A DNA stretch of 64,000 nucleotides, from NCBI GenBank assembly GCA_036172245.1, contig JAYWIR010000030.1:2666001-2730000 (forward strand), given 5' to 3'. Of this stretch, positions 1 to 13,359 are shown in pieces (the first letter of the stretch is position 1; each line of letters opens with the position of its first letter). The position numbers and the translations under genes are program-made. Below the pieces are notes generated by a model that worked only from the letters and a program-made list of their open reading frames with translations, was not told the DNA's origin and did not search any database. Source of the DNA: Raillietiella orientalis (lineage: Eukaryota).

Positions 1-3000
1 AAAATCAGACAATCAACATGGACATACATTACAAGTTTCTAGCTTTGTGTACCGGATCGAAAAACTACATTTCGGTGACCCGAGTGTACTGTTGCTTTCC
101 GTCACGATTTCCTTCCACTTGAAATTCACAAAAGCTGTGTGGTTAACTCTGATTTGCGTGTACAGTGTTTTACAGCTCGACTGCACACTTCATAAACCGA
201 GATGCACATTGGCGCTAATACACGCCTTTTGTTTCCATAGCACATTTCTCACGAGTTTTCGTCAATGAACACATTTGGAAGAAAAACGATGAAGTTTTCA
301 AAAAGGAAAATCAGTATGCCTTTCTCATGTGGCTGCCCTATAGTAATGTCTCTGCATATTGGGACATTTAATATTGCATACCTCACATCAGCTCCAGGTT
401 TCCTTTGCTTGTAATATACGGCATTTCACCATCAAAGGGAGAAATGCAAGTCTTTGAAATACGTGAACACATTCGAGCACAAATAACGAATTTGATCTTT
501 TCATCCCCACAAAGCCTTAGCATTCAGCACTGAATGGTTCCCATCAAAATGATTGCAATAGACTGAGGATGCATCTTTCCTTTAAAATATGATTTTTTTT
601 TCTCTTCTTTCAACTACCCTAGACATCGACAGGCTCTGTTGCCATGATTTCGACACATTGAACTTTTGATGGCATTTCTACTGTTTCCTGACAGATCTGG
701 CTATTCAGGAACCCACTGATAAGAACCGTACACAGCATCTGCTTCAAGATCATGTTGTTGTCTTTTCGGTGAAAATGCAAATCTTGACTGGGCTATTAAG
801 AAACATTTCAAAGATTTCCGACTGTTCCACTAGCTATACGTTGTAAGCATGTTCTCATCTGCTTTTCGATAATTCTGCGTTATTTCATATGTAATCTTTA
901 GAGGAATTTTTTTTCCTTTTCCCGTGTTCGGTCCATGCTCTGTTTCCACGAATCATGCTTTTGGGTTCATCTGACGGCTTCGCTAGACTGACTATTCCAA
1001 CTAAGGGAGAACACGTATTTGAATGCAGCAAGAATGAAATATCCTGTTATTTGTAACACATTTCAAGTTTCGAGTTCAGATCAGGGAAAACTTTCGAGCT
1101 CGAAAAACTGAAAACTCGCTTTGTATCTCATCTTTAAGAATTACAAGAGTCACTGCGCCTTCACGCGGAGACTGTGATGGAGAAAATGTGTTTCAGCGAG
1201 CACTCACTAGAGGGAGAAATGGAAAGGAGAGTTTTGTTTTCCGTGTCATTAGTATAGGCAGAATAAAAGTGTTCCCCCGAGCAGTGGGAAAGTTCCACGT
1301 CATGGTTTTAAGTGGCACCAACACCTACCTAACCAATGCAGCGTGTTCTGCTTCATGGCATGTCCCCAGGAATTTATATAGTTGACAGTAGTGGCAACTA
1401 GTGTTGCAAGCAACAGCGATCCTCGACTTACATGAAAGACGAAAAATAGCGTGTCATCGAATTGGTACTTTGGTGGATTTGTTGGAATTCAGTAAAGCGC
1501 ATGTGATAAACAGAATTGTGCACAAAGTGGTGTTCCTATGGCATTGCCTTTGGGTTCCATGTTTTTTCTAGTGTACAGCATTAGGAAAAGCCTAATAGTG
1601 AAGTATCTTTCTTACTCATCGTGGCTACCATTGTCTTCATTCTGCGAATGTTTAGGTGACGGTGCATTAGCATGATTGTGTTAGAGTCATTAGTCATCAC
1701 CTTTGCATGTTGCAATGTTCATGTTGACATTCATAATCCTGGAAAACCCTGCGAAACCTGACCCCTGTACTGAGGTGATTTTTGAAGTCGTCTCAGTACA
1801 GAAATTTGCATTGGATTGCTTTCAATTTTTTCATTTTAAGGCGAGTCGCCCTGATGATTTTAGAAATCCGCCTTCCTAAACAGTTAGCAATTTTATTCGA
1901 GAGAAGGTGCTCCATGTCTTTGGCTTTTGGAACGAGTCCAAAGAACTGAGTTGTGGGGGGCATTTTCGCATCCCTTAGGCTAGAGAACGTCTTACTGAGG
2001 TCTCCACAATATGTTGATTTAAACACTTTTATAGATAAGTTAATCTTGACTTTACCAGCTCAATACATTGATTGAACCGGCGTTGCCCTGTCATCACGCA
2101 TTACCTGGTTTGTGGTGGTTTGTGGTCATCGGTGTGAAAGATGCAGTTGTCTCAGATCTACAGAAGTCGCCTGTCCAAGTATCTCATTTCACGTCCACTT
2201 TTTCCTCGGTTAGTATTTGAAGTATACTGAAGCAGCCATCGAGGCATGTAAAATATCATCGGATAAGGGTTTCCCTCCTTCCCCCGATTAGAGTTGGAAT
2301 TTCTTGATGTTTGAGAAAAACGAGTGATGGGGGCTTTTCCGACCGATTTACTCTTCCGTTTCTGAACAGAATTCATGCGTTTCCCCGACCTTCGAGTCTT
2401 CAGTGATTGCTTTTTGCATTTGTTTGACGCATGGGAAAGATTGACCATTGGAGAGTTTCTTGAGTTTAGCAGGTCCTCCTAATATCAGGACGTGCTGTGA
2501 CAACTTTGCATAAGCGTGATTTGCTTTTGTGTGTGTTGAGGCAATCACACGACCACCTAGAACATAAGATCCCTTTTTCATTTATTCTCTTCACCTGAAT
2601 CATCTTCTCACGCATTCTGTGGAAATATTATTATATCTTTGCTTTAAAATGAAGTATAAATGCCATTTTGCTCACCCATGGTCCACAAAATATAAAGACG
2701 TTTGCATTTCGATGCATTTCATCCAAAGTAATAATACAATGTTTGCATCCTAAAACAAAATAAACCAACGCCCAAATAGGCAATTAGTGAGTGTGTATTC
2801 ATGTAGAGTTTTCCTGGCAAACTCTTCAAAGTAGCATCTATACGAGACTGCAGATCAAAGCTACATATTAAGTGGGAGGCACGATGGTATGGTAAAAAAA
2901 TGAAGTACCAAAGTATGTTAGAAAAATGATTGACCCAAACCAATGTCACAAGCTCTTAAAGTAAATGCACATTAATTTCTAAACAAAGAAATAAAGTTGG

Positions 3001-6000
3001 AGTTCTATTTGGAAATTAGAATGAATCACAATGACTCAAAGGTGATTAAGTTCGAAGCTTAAAATATGAATCTTCATAGAAATCCTATAGGAAATGAAAA
3101 TTTATACTCATAATCACAAGATTATAAGTCTTATTAATGCTTTTCTGGCTTTACGGAATCTTGACATTTTAATTCCAGTGAGATTTTTCTACGGACCTTA
3201 CAGTAAATTCAATTTTCCTATTCGAGAGTACATAGCTCGCACGTGAGTTCACTGTGATGATTAAAAGTAAAAGATAGAAAAGATTAGTTGCAAGTTTTTT
3301 TTTTTTTCGATTAAATCCGTCTTCCTATCTTTTCTGTGTGGTTTTCGATAGCTTCCGGTGTTTCATTTACCATTTATTTCCTGTGACAGCAGATTTGCAT
3401 GCTTTGAAGAATTAGTCCGTGGACATTTGTAAATTTGAAGAAATTCATCGTCTTTTCGTTTGCAATATTCTCCTTACGGTGATTCAGATCTCAGGTTTCT
3501 TCGTTTTCATCGACTTCAGCCTCGAGTTTTCCATATGTGTCCCATATGAACCCTACTTGTCATTATGTCATTTGGTTTCTTTAACTTCGAATGTTTAAGT
3601 TTTTAAGCTTTCCCTTTTGGAACCCAAGTTGCTTGTAGTTCCTTGCAGAGATTAATAGCTTCAAACGTTTTCTCTAATTTGCTTCATTTTTTTCCCCACT
3701 TTTTTATTCTTTCCATTTCCGTCGACATGAGTGTTTCATGACTGATGCACACTCTTATAGCCACATGTCAAAAACCATAACGAATTCGTGACTGATTGCG
3801 TCTTTTTTCTTAAGCAAAATTGTTCTTCAGCACATTAAGAACTTTAGTCGTTCACTGATGAATTTTCGCATCCGTGCAAACTTTTCATAAAAAGACTTTC
3901 GTAATGTAGTGCGACATTGTTGAACCGCTGGACCACACTGCTTGTGGTTGGTGTGAAGATCCAAACCTCTAACGATAGAGCGAATCTCACCTTTGCGGGC
4001 AAACACACTTTATTACACATTTACGTGTTGGGCACCTCTCTGCATGACCAGAGAGGTGCCAAACTGCAAGGGTATCACCTAAAAAGCTAAGACCACGAGC
4101 GACCCATACCTAAACAGCTGCTCAGTAGTGTTGAAAAAAGACTGCCTCCTGTCGGGAAAAGAATCTGCAAGCTTGCAGCAGAATATGACCTCTGTTGTAG
4201 TAATGCTTGGCAGCGTACTTTAGAATGTCTTCCCCGAATTTCTAGGAAGGTCAAGCTTCCGTCATGGAACATTTGAAGGCGTATCCTAACGGCAAACCCA
4301 AGGAACATTGGTTTTAACTTCTCTTATCTTCCTCATAATTACGTATTATACAAACTGCACTGGGAACGGGCATTGCATCGCCAGCAGTTTTTCCGCACAC
4401 TTGGTGCAGTTGTAACTCGGTCACCGATGTCGAAGATTCGATTGCTTTGAGGAAGCTGTTCCTGTAGGAATTGCATTGCACACATTTTATTGCAATGAAA
4501 AAATAAAAAACAATTGTATGGCTTTTAAAACCTTTTCTTTCGGGAATTTCACATCACAGTGCACATTCGATATGGTGATCTTCTATCGAAGATGCTTTTG
4601 ACATGAGCAGCCCTCGATGTGGTCAACATTTTCAGTTTTCTGTCGTTCGGTAAAGGAAACTTTCTTCAACCGCGTTAAAGACAGGGGGGAAAAAGGGGGG
4701 GAGATTCGCTCCCTGTGCAAATGAAAGGTTAGGTGTTTCACGTGAAATCGAAAAGGGAACGAAGGTCAAAGTGCCGCGTTTGAAATCTGACGCGGATCAA
4801 TCAGTCATTTCGGAAATCGCGCCGAACAGAGAGGACCGAAGGGAAGGCCACGTCGCCTCACGCTGCGGTGTCCCGAAAAACGGGATGACTCGGAATGTCC
4901 CGACATGGAACGAGCCCTACATCCGTGGCTTCTGGCCACAGCGAGGCTTGGAAAACGTCATCGTCCCAAATGAAATCTGGAAATTAGAGGCCACGGAACT
5001 TCATGCTCGGTTGGGATGCGATGGGGAATTTTCGGCAAGTGGTGGGTGGCCGAGCAACGTGGAAGACGTGGCATTCGCTCGTTCACCACATCCGGGGAGA
5101 AACTTTCGTGCGACGCCTCACGGGCTCCAGCTTCCTCGGGAAGATTTAAAGAGACAGTTCATGATCCGTTACGAGCGTGCAGGAGGAAACGGAGATGAGA
5201 ATAAGGGAGGTTCAGAAATTTGACAAAGTGATTGACCACCCATTCAGCTCAGCTATGGAGTGGTCAGCAAGCGTCTGCCCCTTCCCGTTCGTGACGTCCT
5301 CCTCTCCTGAGAAGAATGCGGGAAAAAGAAATGGTGAAAAAGCTTGGATGAAATTTCGTATCACCACGCAGCGTCACCATTTTTACTTTTGCAATGTTAC
5401 CAAATTCGTTCGTTTGATTATGAAAATTCGTGTTACTGTTCAACGATTGGGTTCATTTCATTATCCAAAATTAAGTTTTTTTTTTTTATTCCGACTACCA
5501 GTCTCGGTACGATCCACAACATTCTATGAGGGTAACAACATTTTTGAAATTTTGATTCCAACAAAGGTGACCATGTCGAATGCCCACTGCTCAAAATTTT
5601 TTTTTTATTAGCAGCCTCTATTGATACTGTTTTTTTTTTCTTACCTCACAAAACATAGTTTGGTGAATTAAATTGTCTGTCCGCAACAGTTATGTGTGTG
5701 TTTTGCAACAAATTCCTGAATCTTGAAGGTTTGGATTCCTATTGCAAGCATACCTTTTAGTACCCAATGAAATTTGGAATAAAAGTAAAATGACATAAAC
5801 TCCATAACGTAATATATATAAGTCTTTGAAATAAATAGCTCTTGAGCTCTTCAGCACACTGGCTTTACTTTGATACAAATCTTAAGACAATACTAGAGTA
5901 AAAACCCGATTAAGTTTCTCGCCAGAACTTACAAATCTTTTGTTCAATAATGCAGAAACAGATAATGGCATGAATAAGCAAACAGCATACTTCAACTAAA

Positions 6001-6252
6001 TTTCTATAGCATTCAAAGTTAAAAACAATCAAACACTAGAAAACACAGCTGAGAAATATTTCAAAAACTTCCAATTCAAAAATCATTTTCTTTACCTCCC
6101 CAACCAACTGTAGTCAGTGAAGAGCTAAGTAACAACAAACTTAAGTTTATTATTTTACCTATTAGTTATGATATGAACTGTTTCCATTTTCATATCCCAC
6201 TTTCCATAATTGGAAAATTAGCTTTTAAAAAACTAAAAACAGAGTTGAAGTA

Positions 6253-7464
6253 TCACTTAGGTTGTGCATTCACTGAGTATGCACGTCTGTAAGGTCTTGT
6301 TTGTGTTGTATTCAGATATCCCTGCTTTTCACATTCAGGAGTGCTAGGAAAGTCAGGGTCCCAATAAGCTATAAAAGTAATTAACCTCTATTCGTATTGG
6401 TAATCTGCAGGCATACCAGGTGGTGTTTCTGGGTGAAAATGCTTGTAGCGATGCCTTGAACAGACCTGGACATGGTTTGCCCTATCAGGGGCATTTGTAG
6501 TTGCATAATACTGTATCAAAACACTGAATTTTCAAAACAAAACTGATCAGTGAGATACTGGCCTGTTGGCACTGTGCACACTCTCTACCAGGAAGTTTCA
6601 TCAATTCCTGACGCTGATGGACAGCATTACGAATATACTTATAAGGGGGACTATTTTGTGGAGAAGGAATGCTAATAAAACATGAAATTCGATTCCAAAG
6701 ATGATTGTTTATCTACATATCAAACTCTGAAGAATTTTTTTGAGATGTTTGAGCAGTATCCTTTGGTGATTCTTTGGGCACTTTAGTAATGATGCATGCC
6801 TTAGCTACAGCAGAATTTGCAGGTATTAAGGATGGACTGACTGCACTTATACCACATGTTTTTTTCATCTGGACAGGGCATGTAGTTGTGCCTCTTCTCA
6901 AATACTTGGGTGAACCATTTTTTGTACAGAATAAGTTGCGGGCAACTTTTGATTTTTTGACTCTAGAAAACTCCACAACTGTAGAAGGCGCATGTGCAAA
7001 GTTTGGTTGACCTGATCTCACAATAGCTTGATCTTTCAGACAATTTTGCTCACTTTCACTGAGAACAAATTTTTTCTTTACATAAAGCCATTTTAGAAAA
7101 ACATACTTTTTTCCTTCGTTAATATTACTTTCTCCTTTCACATTCAGGTATCTTAATTTCTCTTCTAAAATTTTTTGTTGACTTTCCATTTTTTCCAATT
7201 TACTTTTCGTCGTATTTAAGTCACACACCAATTGTGCATTATAGTTTTCTGTCATCTTCATCTTCTGATTTACTTCTAAAAAGTTTTGGGAGGTTAATTA
7301 TTTCATTTTCTAAAAGAACTTCATTCGAGTCTCAAACCTGATACTATTCGATTAAATGTACGGAGCAGCATCTGCACACATATCAGCAGTCTATCGGCAT
7401 TTGAATCTATGGTGTCAAATTGAGTGTTATCATATAAAGATCGCCAAAGGCGCTCCAAATCCAT
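6253..7464 (-). CDS. RBBP8: CtIP/Sae2/COM-1 DNA end-resection factor, 5 exons (7464-7338, 7275-6717, 6671-6563, 6510-6417, 6368-6253), 334 aa
   Basis: Manual splicing gives 1005 nt in frame. The N-terminus MDLERLWRSLYD resembles the CtIP tetramerisation motif and is followed by a coiled coil. The C-terminus has the SAE2-domain motifs LPGRECAQCQQYY...CSRHR...PETPPAYWDPDFPSTPECEKQGY. Confidence 0.9.
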
Positions 7465-10400
7465 AACGAACAACTGTCAAAAAATTTCTGCACTGAGGTA
7501 GTCAAAGACTCGAATCACAAGACTTATTGCAATTCAGTTACTTTTATAGAAATCCCTGCACGTCTTCCGAATCACTGCGTGCATCTGCTCCACTGAATGC
7601 CAGGATTCCCATATGAAAACATTTCAAGATTAGCGCGTGTCCTTGCCACCATTCGAATTTTCAGATTCGATCTAAAAAAATAAAAAAAAACACCGTTAAA
7701 TGACAAACCAAACATAAGCTTCAAATTATTTTATATGCCATCCGAGGACAAAAGTTTTACTGTTTATTGCGTTTATAAGCATAAATTTCTAAATACAAAT
7801 ATATACACTAATTTTCTAAATACATTTCTAATGAATTTAAAAAACATCATCATACCAACGTTTTGACCGAAGTAAACTATATTCCTAATCAGCCAAAATT
7901 ATATTTTCTGCATTCTGTCTTCAAAATGGAATGAAAGGATGAAATTAAAAAATCGCAACTTCCGTTGTTATTTGATAGAAAACTTACCTTTTCTTATCCT
8001 AAATAACCTAGGAAGTATGATCCATAAAATCTGTTAGCATCATGCATTTTTCAAGAGACAATGCACAGTATTTTTTTCAGTATTGCTTGCCATGAGATAA
8101 TCTTGTAAAAGAAATATGTTTTCATAGGCTCGTTTCTGTCGTCAGGTAAGTCCCATTTCAAGGACTAATAAAAAGGCAAAAAATCAGAGAAAAAAAAGAA
8201 AATGGGTTAGAAGATAATTTCTTCTCCAAGGCCCAAGATAAGATGCATGCATACTTTGATAAAATTACTGAGGTTTATCTTACATATTGATAGAATAGCC
8301 AGTTTTGATTAAAATAGTCTGACACATAAAACAATAAACAAGGATAACATAAATAAAAGGTTAAGAACAATTCGAATTCATAAAAATTATTCTAAACATG
8401 ATGTAGCAGATATCATATGAAATGCTATACTGCCCCCAGATGGTCTAAACACATCTCCGCACTTCATATGTCAGATGCAAAGAACAAGCATGAACCACTG
8501 GAAGGCACAATACTCAACGATATAGGTAGCGTATCAAATGTTAAGTTGAAAAGAACAGATTATATGAATGGCTTTACAACATGATGACACCGTATCTTTT
8601 GCGTCTGATCCACACATTACAGACCATATTAGTATACGCGGTGTAAATAGCACAAAGAACACCATTCAGAATGACTTCAGAAATAAGTTTGAAGAGATCA
8701 TTCATTATCCTGAGGCAACATAGAGTAATAGTTTTACAAATTCAGGGTAGTCAGTTGACAATGCAAGAAGGTTTCATTCTAATTCTAAGGTGCTTACTTT
8801 TTCATCAAATCATCTCGTAAGCTTAAAAAATGCCTCAGAAATTCGGAAAGTTTCGGAGATTTCCAATGAAGCTAAACATTGCTTCCATTCTCAAAGAGCA
8901 AGCTGCAGAAATAACAATGTTCTTCAGTCACTAGCATGAGTTCAAAAACTGATTATGTATCACGCGTGCTTTCTGTGGTGTGCTTCGGATGATATATATC
9001 AGCATCTGGATCTTAAGCCAGTAGGAGCAAAGTACCTTTTTGGTCGAGAGATCTCAGAAGTGTTTAGAATTGTTTTCTGTGGTTCTTCAAGTGGTTTTCC
9101 TTTCTGAGGTCCGCAAGCTGCAAACAGTCAAAGTGGCAGTTTGTTTATCCACGCATGTCCAAGGCTTAGTGTGGTCTTTTTGTGTAGTTTGGATGTTGCG
9201 ATGGATGTTTTGAAGGAGCTCTTTATGCGAATTTTCACGCCGTCCTCATGTCGTTTGTACCGATGTGCAAATGTCTTTTCCTCCAGATTCTTTTTGCTCT
9301 TTGTGTAATTGCTGCTGCAAGGGGAACATGTATCTCTGTGAGAACATAATATGACTATATTTTTGATTAGTATAGACAGTGTATGCCACTTGTTAGATTC
9401 GTTAAACCGTCCATGCTGATATGAGGCTATGCACCGTGATTACCATTTCAACTGCCGTTATTTTGTAGTTTTCGATTTTTTTCCCGTATGTTTTTGGTTT
9501 AAGATGCCGTCTTGTATCGCCACCATCACTTGAGAGCGTACCAAACTCTTCTTCATCAACGGTGGTCGCTATCGGTTCACCACTTTTTATTTGCCTTTTC
9601 TCTTTATTCTCGACCTTGACCTCTGGAACGTTTTTCACGCATCTTTGCTTGTGTTCTCGGTGCGCTTTCTTTTTCCCTGGTCTGCAAGTCGGTGGTCACT
9701 TTTTTCTTTTTTTGCAGGTTTCGTGTTTGTGGCTTGCTTTTTATGCTTCGGGTTTCTATTTCTAGAACAGTTTTGATATGCTTCTCAGTCTTTTAGCCTG
9801 TGTATTCCTCCTGCAGCGTAGAAAGGGGAATTTGGCTTGCCGGTATGTAGCCCTGTTATACAGTTTGTTTACTGCACATGATTTCCGCACTGTGTACCCT
9901 GTGAACAATATGCTGGTTGCCAGTTGCAATTTGTCTGCCCGTTCGTTGATCGCTGGTCAATCTGAGCGTTCATGGAGATGCCTTCGTTATCATCCAGCTA
10001 GATTTTTATTCTATATCTCCCTGCAAACAGTACGGCTAAGTCTGGGTTGTTCGTCAAGTGACAGTGTTTAATATCCGCATAATTCTGGATATTGTCTTCG
10101 TTTTTCCCCGGTTTCATTTGTGCTGATCGGTTCTTTCTGATCGCACTGTGGCTACCGAACTGTGACATTTCTCATTCACCGTCTCATTCACAGCAGAATC
10201 TGAAATCTTGTCCCACACTGTTTGAAAACAGGGAAATAAATCTTTATTCCTCTTTAAACATTTCCTCTAAAAAAGGGAATGTGTATACAGCAAATGTCAA
10301 TATGCGAACAGAGAAATGTGGCCTCAGAGGACAGCGATTTCCATGAGCGTAGCTCATTGCATCGCTCGTAGAGGTCAGCATGTCCTCCGCTTGGTGCTGT

Positions 10401-10599
10401 TGACGATGCTTTGGTAGGAATCTTTCCAATGCACGGTGGTGGACGAGGTGGCAATTGATCCCTCCGACGTTGGGAGCCTTTGGTGGCTTCATTAATACAA
10501 GCGGTGAAGGGGTAATGGAAGACACCGAGTCTTCTCGCAGGATGGTGACTGCCGGTGACGCGCGTGGTTAACTGAAGCATGCAAACTGTGGGTAGAATG

Positions 10600-12055
10600 C
10601 GACCCGCAGTAATGCTTACTCACCATCCTCTTCCACGTAGCCACCCCATTGTCGACTGGTGTGGCCAGTTGCAGTTTCGTAACAAGAACTGCAGCAGCCC
10701 ACCACCAGGTGCATTCTATTAAAGGACATATTAGGTTTATACACGAGCAGGAAGTGGAACGAGTTCATTACAAATGTCGTTATTGCTCGGACTTGAGAAC
10801 CTGAAGACCGTCTGACCATACATGCGCTGAACCACATGTGCAGTCAGTAGCAGTGGAAGATTCTCCACTTCGTCCGTCTGTTGTGGAGGCACCCATGAGG
10901 TATAACTGCAACAAACCAGACTGTGGCATGGCATCCTCCTCAAGAAGAGGTCTGCTTAATCATCAGCTCTGGCACGATCGGGCGGTGAGGAGAGCAACAT
11001 CTTCGTCTACGATGAGTCCATTGGGAGCACAAGAAACACAAGAACCAGCAGGAGGACCCGTAGCAAGAAGCGGAACATGAAATCGAGCTCGAAGCTCCAG
11101 AAGATCTGAGAATCCACTTGCATGAAGAAACTTATCCAGAAGATACTAATAACTTGAGTGAAAGGGGAATAAGTAACTACGAGAATGATGACGACTTAGG
11201 ATTTGAAAAGTTTGTGGTGGGTGGAGAGGGGTTTGGGAGAAAACTTTCATCACCAACAGACGAGGATCTTGCAAAATATCTGTCGGCGGATACTAATGGA
11301 AAATTTCAGCGTGATGGTAATGATGCTGAAACAACGATGGACGGTGAGAAGACAGGTCTCAAGAAGACCGTCTGCATCTTGGGAATGGGTTGGTGGTGAC
11401 CCTAGGATCTGTATTTCGAAGGTGATTATTGATGCTACCCACAGAAAGAATATTGTTTCGACAATTTGGAGTCTCCAGCAGGAGTCAGCATGGCTTTCCC
11501 TAATTAATAAGCATTCTGACCAAGGGAAAGCCATGCGGTGTGTTGGACTCCATCAAGCCTATAGTTTCTTTCTGACTAGTAGCGACTATCTGCGTTTCTC
11601 AGATTTTCGTTTTATCCAGGCCTCAAGGTTAAATTTTTTGCCGATTAGAGGAATCCAAAGAATACTTGAACAGAATCGACTCTTCCGCCGATGTGATACA
11701 TAGGATGAAACCCTACCTCATTTATCAAACCACTTTATGAGGCATTTTCGTCTGTACTAACAACGGCACAATGTCTGGATAAAGCCTGATCTCTGCGAAC
11801 TAGCAAGTCCCGAGGACTCATCATGGCGACTGGACCTTGTCCTCCAGGATGAACACAAAATGGTGGTGCTGGATGTTTCTTGTTGAGACGAGCACCTGAT
11901 GATGCTTGCTACCAGAGGGAGTTCCTGGATCCCGATGCCACCTAGATAACCATGTGAAAACCAATGCTGATCAGCGATCAGGAAGAAAGGGTGAGAAGAC
12001 TGAGCACAGGCATAGTGGCTAATTCTTAAACCTTTGTTAAACCCTTTCATAAATA
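10600..12055 (+). mobile_element. Utopia/NeSL-clade non-LTR retrotransposon, internally deleted (no RT core), degraded
   Basis: The N-terminal zinc finger CNKPDCG..RRGLLNHQLWH is homologous to ORF 53210-53938. Sequence then jumps to the post-RT motifs DLAKYLS and QGKAMRCVG..LRFSDFRFIQASRLN, followed by CCHC and RLE remnants. It ends directly on a U2 3' fragment. The 5' boundary is approximate. Confidence 0.85.
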
Positions 12056-12207
12056 ATCTGTTCTCATCAGTTTAATATCTGATACGCCACCTATCTGATG
12101 GTCAGTATATTAAACTACTTTTCGGAAGTGGATGGGATGATTGGAGATTGCTCCTCTCCTGTCACGGATTGACCAGTAATGCAGTACCTCCTGGATCGCC
12201 TCACTAC
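12056..12207 (+). pseudogene. U2 snRNA 3' portion (from about nt 38), degraded
   Basis: ATCTGTTCTCATCAGTTTAATATCTGATACG...TATATTAAA...TTGGAG.TTGCT...TGCAGTACCTCC matches U2. The Sm site is mutated and the 5' part is replaced by the retroelement. Confidence 0.9.
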
Positions 12208-13359
12208 TCCCCATCGCGAAAGGACGGAAAAAACCTTTGTAAAAAGAGAGAGGCGCGTTCCGCGCTCCCTCGGGAGGCGAGTCGTCCTGCGCTTTGCGGG
12301 AGAAGGCTGTCCATCAGGCATATTCCTCCGAGCTTCGCGCCCGCTTCCGAATGTGGCGGTAGGAATAAGGCCCTCCGATTCCGCGATTCTTATTTCGTCG
12401 CTAGGCAACCGAACGATCCGGCCCCACCTTTCCATTCCATTCCATTTTCTCCCCTTTTTTTCCATTCTAGAGAGAGAACATTTCCTGCCCTTAACAGTGC
12501 GGCGGACGGAAAGGGCATGGCAAAAGGGAAGGATAGGAGTCCTTCGATTGTTCTATCAAGTTCCAGGGTTTTGTGGCTCTTAGAAAACGAAGAAACCGCT
12601 GTTGCGGGTCTTTTGGTCATCTATGGGCTAGCTCGAGAGAGCTGATCAAATGGAGGAGTGAGATTCGTTTTTGTACGTGCTCTCTCGGAGTTTGGTCAGA
12701 AAGTTCAGGCTGATAGCCGAATCTGCAGCCTCATTCCATGGAAAGAGCTCCAAAAGACGGATAATTAATTGGGCAGGCAGGCATCGACATTGCCGCTCGT
12801 TAGTCAGTTTCAATGTCCAAATAACCAGGGGAGCTCTCATCGACATTGCAGAGCATATCATGTTGAAGGGGCATGGCGTAACCTTCAGAGCTGTTGCCAT
12901 TACCGTAGTTTATGTGGAAGCCCACAAAAGAGGATGGGAGGCATGATTTTCTAAAGTGTTCTGGTATTACCGAGAACTCTTGGGGAGATTCCATCGTAGG
13001 GGGAGGCGGATCAGTCGCGGACAGATCACGCGAGGGAAGCAGGTTTTTGGAGGAACAAGGGACTGCCGTGGGAGGCTGGCACTCGATATGTCGAGAGTAT
13101 ATGTGCCTCTAGGCACGAGTCACAGAGGAAATAACTTAAGTACGTAGGGATTTGGCAGGAGTCTCGGACTACCCAAGCCTGCTAATCACCTCTTCGTTAC
13201 GTGGATTCCAAAAGTCAAGAGTTCCTGGAATCAGGGAGTGGACTTAAGTCTGCAGATCTCTACTTTTGAAAAACTCCGCAAGTTGATCATATTTTTTGGC
13301 TTTTTCTTCCTGTACTATGAACGTATTGAGAGGATTTTGCAAAGGAGATGCACACGTCT

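Noticed and set aside
1790..4470. Possible minus-strand gene from scattered exon-like segments
   Set aside because: No stop-free model could be assembled and no product was recognised.
4771..5223. 150-aa plus-strand ORF
   Set aside because: It has a GTG start, no recognisable motif and no supported exon structure.
9000..10200. Lys-rich minus-strand coding-like region
   Set aside because: It has multiple stops and no identifiable family.
10330..10420. HDV-like ribozyme at the putative Utopia 5' end
   Set aside because: A 7-bp P1 can be drawn, but P3, L3, P1.1 and P2 do not fit the consensus.
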